Of a stretch of DNA of 64,000 nt, positions 58,175 through 64,000 are shown piece by piece. Position numbers and translations under genes: made by a program. Below the pieces are notes generated by a model. That model searched no databases. It saw nothing but the letters and a program-made list of their open reading frames with translations, and was not told the DNA's origin. Position 1 is the first letter of the stretch, and each line of letters begins with the position of its first letter. This DNA is from an uncultured Chloroflexia bacterium (lineage in GTDB: Bacteria > Chloroflexota > Limnocylindria > Limnocylindrales > CSP1-4): assembly GCA_963746845.1 (NCBI GenBank), contig CAVVCZ010000004.1, positions 576,001-640,000 on the forward strand. Reading direction: 5' to 3'.

Positions 58175-59263
58175 ATGCGATCCGTGTTGACCACTGCCGC
58201 CGCGCTCGCCGTCCTCACGATCGCATGCGCAAGCGCTACGCCGCGCACGACGTCGAGTCCAGCGGCGCCGGCCGCGACGACGAGCAAATCACCGAGCCCC
58301 GCCGCGAGCGTCGCGGCGGTGCCCGGCGCCACCGCGGCCGCGACCGTGTTCCGACTGGTGACTGTCGAGCCCGCGGACTCGCCCGAAGGCAAGGCGGTCG
58401 CCTTCTTCGCCGACGAGGTCAAGCGGCTGTCGGGTGGAAGCGTGACGGTTGAGTCGGCCAGCGAAGACGGCGAGAACGACCAGCACAACATCCAGCGGGT
58501 CACGTCGGGTGATATCGCGATGGCGATCGTTCAAGCCCGCAACTGGGACGATTTCGGAGTGACCACGCTCCAGGCGCTAGAGGCGCCGTTCGTGATCACC
58601 TCTGATGCCCTCGCCGTGGACGCCACGTCGGGCGACCTGGCCGCGGACCTCATGGCCGGCCTGGCTGACAAGGGCGTCGAGGGCCTTGGCCTCTGGCCGA
58701 TCGATCTGCGCCACCCGGTGTCCTTCGGGAAACCCTTCCTCCGGCCCGCCGACATGAACGGGGCCAAGATCAGGATCGTCGGATCAAGGGTCACCGAGGA
58801 TGTGATCTACGCCCTCGGCGCAAAGCCCCTCCGGGGAGGCGAGATCGATGACAGCGAGTTCGACGGCGCCGAGTCCGCCTTCGATCGCGCCTACAGCCTG
58901 CCAAAGGCGGGCACATTCACCGGCAACGTTACCTTCTATCCGCGGGTCGATCTGTTCTTTGTCAGCAAGAAGGCTCTTGATCGTCTGTCGCCGGAGCAGC
59001 GGGCCGCTGTCCGGTCGGGCGCCGAAGCGACCCGCAAGTACGTCGTCGACTCCATCGTCTCGGATGTCGCCCAGGCCAAGATCTACTGCGACCAAGCAGG
59101 CGGGTCGGTCGCTCTCGCGGACGAGGCGGGCATGCAGGCGTTCGCCTCGGCGCTAGCGCCCGTTGTGGCCGATCTCGAGCAGAACGCGACAACGAAGAGG
59201 CTTGTCGAGAGGATCCGAGCGCTGCAGAAACCCGAACCGGGAGAGCCGATCAACGCCTGTTGA
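58175..59263 (+). CDS. DctP-type TRAP substrate-binding lipoprotein (orphan)
   Basis: AAGGAG RBS; lipobox TIAC; FADEVKRLSGG, MNGAKIR, ALGAKP and LSPEQRAAV. Confidence 0.85.
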   Translation: MRSVLTTAAALAVLTIACASATPRTTSSPAAPAATTSKSPSPAASVAAVPGATAAATVFRLVTVEPADSPEGKAVAFFADEVKRLSGGSVTVESASEDGENDQHNIQRVTSGDIAMAIVQARNWDDFGVTTLQALEAPFVITSDALAVDATSGDLAADLMAGLADKGVEGLGLWPIDLRHPVSFGKPFLRPADMNGAKIRIVGSRVTEDVIYALGAKPLRGGEIDDSEFDGAESAFDRAYSLPKAGTFTGNVTFYPRVDLFFVSKKALDRLSPEQRAAVRSGAEATRKYVVDSIVSDVAQAKIYCDQAGGSVALADEAGMQAFASALAPVVADLEQNATTKRLVERIRALQKPEPGEPINAC

Positions 59264-59332
59264 CGAGCTCGCAGCGTCGACGGGCAGGGAACAACGCATC
59301 GAAGACCTGCCGCACCGAGGCTCGGCCGCGGC

Positions 59333-60385
59333 TCAGGATGCCGGCCGGAGATAGACCGGATACTCGCGCACGGCGGCCGGCCTGCCGCTGTACTCCGAGA
59401 TGTCCCAGACCCGCAGGGTTCCCCACTGGGCGATCGGAACGTCGTAGGACAGGGTCACGTCGAACGCACCCCAGCAGCCGGTTCCGCATGACGCGAGCAC
59501 CGGAGCATCGAGCAGGACCTTGTCATTGCCATCGAGGAGAGCGATCCGGAATTGCGCCTCGTTGACGTTGGCGAGCCCGGTGACCCGACCGGGGTTCAGC
59601 AGGGCGGCACCCCACGCCGGCCGATCGACGAAGATCAGGGGCAGGAAGTGGTCGCGGTACGTCGCGCGGGTGACGGGCTTGTCCATGGCGATTGCCTCGG
59701 ACGCACCGCTTTCCGGGTCCGGCATTCCGAACAACACCTTGACCGGCTTGCCGTCGAGCTTGAAGTTGACGCGATCCACCGTCGTGAATTGGGTCAGGGT
59801 GTAGACGACCTGGGCCACACGTCCGTGAAGCGAGTAGCTTCCGCCATCCCAGACGTCGTCAGGGGATAGCGAGGCGAACTCGGCGGACAGGTCGACCGTC
59901 GCGAGGCCTCCCGAGATCTCGATCCCGAGGAGCTTCGAACCGGCGGGGATGAGGGTCTTGATCGGCCACGTCGGCGCTCGCTCCTTGGCCGATGGTCCTG
60001 CGAGCAGCGCCTTCATCGCGGCCGTTGCCGTCGCCGTGCTCCTGGGCACCGTCCGGAGGACCGGAACGAGAGTCGGCTCGTTGACGACCTCGCCACCGCT
60101 TCCATCGCGCATCAGGAAGTAGGCGCGAACGACCATCGTGGTGGGCGTCGGTGAGGGCGTCGGTGGCGCGACCGTCGGACTCGGTGTCGCCGGAGCGAGC
60201 GTGGGGGATTGCGTCGGCGAAGGCGTTGGCGCAGCTGACGGCGATGGCGAGGGCGAGGCCGTCGGCGACGGGAGGCTGGCGGTGGGGGTGCCCGAGGCCG
60301 TTCCGCTCGGGCTTGCCCCGGGCGCGGCGCACGCTGTAACGAGGGCAAGCGCGAGGAGCGCGACGACTGGCTGACGGCGGAACAT
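59333..60385 (-). CDS. Lipoprotein with GerMN and Gmad2 Ig-like domains
   Basis: Lipobox VTAC, Pro/Thr/Ser linker, LLAGP, VDLS..F, AQVVYTLTQF and ANVNEA..GCWGAF. Confidence 0.85.
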   Translation of the reverse strand: MFRRQPVVALLALALVTACAAPGASPSGTASGTPTASLPSPTASPSPSPSAAPTPSPTQSPTLAPATPSPTVAPPTPSPTPTTMVVRAYFLMRDGSGGEVVNEPTLVPVLRTVPRSTATATAAMKALLAGPSAKERAPTWPIKTLIPAGSKLLGIEISGGLATVDLSAEFASLSPDDVWDGGSYSLHGRVAQVVYTLTQFTTVDRVNFKLDGKPVKVLFGMPDPESGASEAIAMDKPVTRATYRDHFLPLIFVDRPAWGAALLNPGRVTGLANVNEAQFRIALLDGNDKVLLDAPVLASCGTGCWGAFDVTLSYDVPIAQWGTLRVWDISEYSGRPAAVREYPVYLRPAS

Positions 60386-60542
60386 GACCTGTCTCCCGAA
60401 GAGATTCATCCACCCTCCAGGATCAGTACTCGGCTCTGCGCCGACACGTGCCGTCAGTCACGAACTCATCGGCCACCCGGCCCAACCGCGACTGGCTCTG
60501 ATCTGCGAGATGGCAGTCCAAGACGCTGCGTGGTTACTGGCT

Positions 60543-60565
60543 GTTCGAGTCCGTCCGCGGGCGCC
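60543..60565 (+). repeat. attR-like copy of the tRNA-Arg 3' end
   Basis: GTTCGAGTCCGTCCGCGGGCGCC vs GTTCGAGTCCGTCCGGGGGCGCC. Confidence 0.8.
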
Positions 60566-60673
60566 CTGAGCACAGCGAGCGGAGGATCGGCCCGCCGCTA
60601 GCGCGGTTCGAATATGAGTGCGCGAGTACGCGTCCAGCGCAAGGTTCTCCGAGACGTCCGGCCACGCGCCCGG

Positions 60674-60704
60674 GGAATGGTTCGACGCTCCGTGACGCCT
60701 ATAC
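60674..60704 (+). promoter_or_regulatory. Putative ECF promoter, copy 3
   Basis: GGAAT-N19-CCTATAC upstream of ECF sigma 2. Confidence 0.5.
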
Positions 60705-60743
60705 CCTTGAACGCGGCCAGATGGACGCGTCACGTGGGTGACG

Positions 60744-61304
60744 ATGAACCAGCGGGAACTCGTCGAGCGGGCAGGGCGGGGCGATCATGACGCCTTCGCG
60801 GTGCTCGTCGGCGTGTCCATCGCGCGACTGGAGGCCGTCGCCCGCCTCATCCTCCGGGACCAGGAGCTCGCGCGCGACGCGGTCCAGGAGGGATACATCA
60901 AGGCCTGGCGCGACCTTCCGGGTCTGCGTGATCCCGACCGGTTCGACGCCTGGCTCCATCGCCTGACCGTCAACGCCTGCCTTGACGTCGCCCGTCGACG
61001 TGGTCGCAGGCCGATCGAGGTCGAGCTCTCGCCGTTGAGCCCCGGGTCGGTCGGCGATTCGACTGCCCTCGTGGCCGATCGCGACGAGCTCGAGCGCGGC
61101 TTCCGTCGGCTGTCGGCCGAGCAGCGCGCCGTCCTCGTGCTCCACTACTACGTCGGGATGTCCATGCCGGCGGTCGCCGAAACGCTGGACCTCCCCGTCG
61201 GGACGGCCCAATCGAGGCTCGCCCGAGCCCTCGCGGCCATGCGGGTCGCGCTGGGAACCGACGCCGAGCTCGGGAATGCCCTGCGGAACGGAGAGCTCGC
61301 ATGA
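60744..61304 (+). CDS. ECF sigma factor (paralog of 55960-56514)
   Basis: QRELVERA..GDHDAF, DAVQE, LRDPDRFDAWLHRL and LPVGTAQSRLARA. Confidence 0.93.
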   Translation: MNQRELVERAGRGDHDAFAVLVGVSIARLEAVARLILRDQELARDAVQEGYIKAWRDLPGLRDPDRFDAWLHRLTVNACLDVARRRGRRPIEVELSPLSPGSVGDSTALVADRDELERGFRRLSAEQRAVLVLHYYVGMSMPAVAETLDLPVGTAQSRLARALAAMRVALGTDAELGNALRNGELA

Positions 61305-62536
61305 ACTCGACCGACCGCCTCGAGCACGACCTGACCGCCTGGTTCGGCGAGACGGCCGTGCCGCGGACGCCCGACTACACCGACGACATCCTCCGGCAGA
61401 CCGCGCGCTCGCGCCAACGGCCTCGCTGGACCTTCCCCGAAAGGTGGCTCCCCATGAGCGTCATCACCCTGGGCCGGGTGGCCCGAAGGCCCGTCCCGTG
61501 GCGGGCGGTTGGACTCCTGGTCGTCCTCGCGCTGCTCCTCGCCATCGTGGCCGCCGTCTACGTCGGCAGCCAACGACGGGCGGTTCCGCCTCCGTTCGGC
61601 CCCGCGGCCAACGGTCTCGTCGCGTACTCGAAGGACGGTGACATCTACACGGTCGATCCGGCCACGGGCGCGCGGACCGCGATCGTCACCGGCGCCTCCT
61701 TCGACGAACGCCCGGCGTACTCGCGCGACGGAACGAGGCTCGCGTTCCTCAGGACGACGGGGACCGCCTCGGTGATCGTCCTGGCCGACGCCGACGGACG
61801 CAACGAGGCCGCCGTCTCGATGACGCCCCTGGCCGGTGGGGCTTGGCTGTCCTGGTCGCCGGATGGTCGATCGATCGCCGCGATGACCGACGACAACGGC
61901 GACACGGGGTCGCTCTGGATCGTCGACACCGCGCAGCGCACCATCAGGAAGATCGACGGTGTCGTCACCGACTACGGGGAGGTCCAGTGGCGCCCGCCGG
62001 ACGGACGCCAGCTGATGGTCACCGTGCGAGCGTCCGGTGGTCTCCGCTTCGCCCTGGTCTCCTTGGCCGACGGGAGCGTCGATGTCCTGCCGAGACCGGA
62101 AGGAGACGGGCTCCGGCCGGGAGACTGGGCGCTGGACGGGCGCCGGTTCCTCTACGCCGCGTCCGACGGCCAGGTCCATGTCCTCGATATGCAGGGTGGG
62201 GCCGACGTCATGATCCGGCCGAGCCTCGCGGCTGACGGCGCTGGCTACCCGCGGTTCTCGAACGACGGTCAACGCGTCCTGATGATGGAGTTCACGAACG
62301 GCGATCCGACCTGGCTCTCCGTCGCGCCCAGCGACGGAAGCAAGCCGGCGGTGCGCGTCAGCGACGTCTATTACGGCGGGATCGGGACGCACTACCAGTG
62401 GGCGCCGGACGACAGCACGATCACGCTGATGCCGAACGTGGGACCCGTCGTCCTCCTCGATCCCGCCGGCGGTCCGGTGTCGACCCCGCCCTGGATGACC
62501 GACGAGGTCGAGTCCTGGCAGCGTCTCGCGCCCTGA
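61301..62536 (+). CDS. Single-TM TolB-like beta-propeller protein, putative anti-sigma
   Basis: ATGA-coupled; GSQRR..PPPFGPAANGL; WSPDG-type repeats; terminal SWQRLAP. Confidence 0.85.
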   Translation: MNSTDRLEHDLTAWFGETAVPRTPDYTDDILRQTARSRQRPRWTFPERWLPMSVITLGRVARRPVPWRAVGLLVVLALLLAIVAAVYVGSQRRAVPPPFGPAANGLVAYSKDGDIYTVDPATGARTAIVTGASFDERPAYSRDGTRLAFLRTTGTASVIVLADADGRNEAAVSMTPLAGGAWLSWSPDGRSIAAMTDDNGDTGSLWIVDTAQRTIRKIDGVVTDYGEVQWRPPDGRQLMVTVRASGGLRFALVSLADGSVDVLPRPEGDGLRPGDWALDGRRFLYAASDGQVHVLDMQGGADVMIRPSLAADGAGYPRFSNDGQRVLMMEFTNGDPTWLSVAPSDGSKPAVRVSDVYYGGIGTHYQWAPDDSTITLMPNVGPVVLLDPAGGPVSTPPWMTDEVESWQRLAP

Positions 62537-62594
62537 TCCCCGTTCAGTCGCGGCCGCGCGGCGACGCGAATTCGGCCAGCGGCGGCGTCCTCGT

Positions 62595-63728
62595 TCAGGA
62601 CGCCGCCGCGGTCACCGCAGCATCCCCCGGAACATCGACGTCCGCCTCGAGCTCGCGCCAGTGGCTGCCCCGCATGATCACGAGCAGGATCCAGCCAATG
62701 GGGATCGGCACGAGCCATTGCGCTGCTCGGAAGATCACGATGGCGGCCGTGATCTGGCCGGCCATGCCGTCGCCCGCGACGGTCGAGAGCAGCCCGATGT
62801 ACGCAACCTCACTCACGCCGATCGCTCCGGGAGTGATCGGGATGAGCGATAGGAGGGCGACGACCGCCATGGTCGTGAGGACCGCCGACGGTGCCAATAC
62901 GTCCGAGCTGACGCCGACCGACCACAGCGAGACCTGGAGGACCAGGAACCAGGCGAGTCGCGCGAGGACGGCAGCCGCAAACCCGAGAACCCCGCGCCGC
63001 GACAGCGTCTCGTGTGACCGTTCTCGGACCTGCATGACACCCTCGACGATTCCCGTGGGCGACGGACGGCGGAACCATCCCCAGACCCGTCGAGCGATCG
63101 CGTCGAGGGCCCGACCCAGGCGGCCGGCCAGTGACTCCGATCGGACGATCACCACGAGCAGCACCATCACCACGGCCAGGATCCCGACCCCGACCACCGA
63201 GAGCAGGATCACCGGCGGGCGAGGCTGGTGGCCGGCAAGGAGCACGCCGATCGTCGCGATCAGCGGCAGGGCGAGGTCCGAGAGCGTCTCGAAGAACGCG
63301 TTGAACACGATCCCGGCCGTCGCGATATCGGCGGGGATCGACCACTGCCGGTACAGCACGAACTTGGTCGCGACGTCCGTCGGCCCGGGGATCGTGCTCA
63401 CCACCGCCCGTCCGGCGAGGTCGGCTCCGATCGCATGCGGCCAGGACAGACCAGGAACCAGGACGCGGCTGGGTCCGGCGTTGGCGACGTAGGCGAGACC
63501 CGTCGTGGCGACCAGCGCCGCGATCTGGGTGGCGGTGAGGACGGACAGGGCCGTCGCGACCGCGCCGTAGTCGACGATCCGGGGCAGGACGGCGACGAAG
63601 ACGACGGCCAGGATGCCGCCCAGCAGCCCGACCCGGGTCAGGATCGCCCGACGACTGGGCCCGGCCCGCTGTCGGGTGCCCGGCTGCTCGCCGGCGGTTG
63701 TCGCCTGCGCGGTCCGCTCCTCGGCCAT
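62595..63728 (-). CDS. YbhN/MprF-like (LPG synthase TM) flippase-family membrane protein
   Basis: About 8 TM helices; IPITPGAIGVSE and IFRAAQW. Confidence 0.82.
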   Translation of the reverse strand: MAEERTAQATTAGEQPGTRQRAGPSRRAILTRVGLLGGILAVVFVAVLPRIVDYGAVATALSVLTATQIAALVATTGLAYVANAGPSRVLVPGLSWPHAIGADLAGRAVVSTIPGPTDVATKFVLYRQWSIPADIATAGIVFNAFFETLSDLALPLIATIGVLLAGHQPRPPVILLSVVGVGILAVVMVLLVVIVRSESLAGRLGRALDAIARRVWGWFRRPSPTGIVEGVMQVRERSHETLSRRGVLGFAAAVLARLAWFLVLQVSLWSVGVSSDVLAPSAVLTTMAVVALLSLIPITPGAIGVSEVAYIGLLSTVAGDGMAGQITAAIVIFRAAQWLVPIPIGWILLVIMRGSHWRELEADVDVPGDAAVTAAAS

Positions 63729-63752
63729 GGGGCCCACCTTAGAGGTTGTGCC

Positions 63753-64000
63753 AATGGCGGCGCCGACTCCGGCCGAAGCGGCCCCGGCCGCCGCGGAAGC
63801 GGTCCCGGTCGTCGTCGCAGCCGCCGCGGGCGGCAACGGCGCCGGTCATGGCGACGATTTGACGCAGCTGTGGGCATCGGGCCGAAGGCGTCAGACGCCT
63901 TGATCGCGGCCGGCATCACGACCTACGCCGCCCTGGCCGAGACGAACGAGCCACAGCTCCGCCACGCGCTCCACGAGGCCGACATGGTGCCGCCCGGCGA
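63753..64000 (+). pseudogene. HhH (DUF4332/HHH_5-like) protein, frameshifted near 63870, runs off window
   Basis: DDLTQL in one frame continues as VGIGPKASDALIAAGITTYAALA in another. Confidence 0.6.

Larger units (their letters stand above)
55815..60565. mobile_element. Integrase-less genomic islet integrated in tRNA-Arg
   Basis: 23-bp direct repeat (55815-55837 vs 60543-60565, 1 mismatch). Confidence 0.7.

Noticed and set aside
57909-58175. 88-aa ORF between promoter copy 2 and the dctP-like gene
   Set aside because: GGAGG abuts the ATG with no spacer and the composition is not convincing, although its stop overlaps the dctP start; may be a decayed remnant
1-64000. CRISPR arrays, rRNA, transposases, defence systems
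   Set aside because: No regularly spaced repeats or recognisable cas, IS or defence protein motifs were seen by eye

Overview
High-GC bacterial chromosome segment. Gene order and protein style suggest Chloroflexota, possibly Limnocylindria; this is inference and is not verified. 1-24.7 kb is mostly housekeeping (xseA/xseB, dxs, tlyA, nadK, recN, xerD, scpAB, rluB, cmk, plsC, ispH, der, gpsA, trpB2). tRNA-Pro(GGG) anchors a 1.7 kb integrase-less islet bounded by a 3'-tRNA direct repeat. The islet carries a secreted beta-helix-like protein behind a GEMM-I riboswitch with the A20 signature of 3',3'-cGAMP sensors. About 6 kb of small orphan genes follow. 33-55 kb holds metabolic genes (moeA/moaC/moaB, fadF-acyl-CoA dehydrogenase-etfBA), tandem NrdR boxes, nrdR and dcd interrupted by a class 3 LAGLIDADG intein. 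An unannotated ~250 nt highly structured intergenic RNA candidate lies at 51440-51691, followed by tlpA/ccdA and vanW. tRNA-Arg(CCT) anchors a second integrase-less islet. Both the tRNA 3' end and its downstream repeat are followed by a shared promoter-like motif and a paralogous ECF sigma / membrane beta-propeller (putative anti-sigma) pair. All calls come from reading the sequence by eye; no searches were run.
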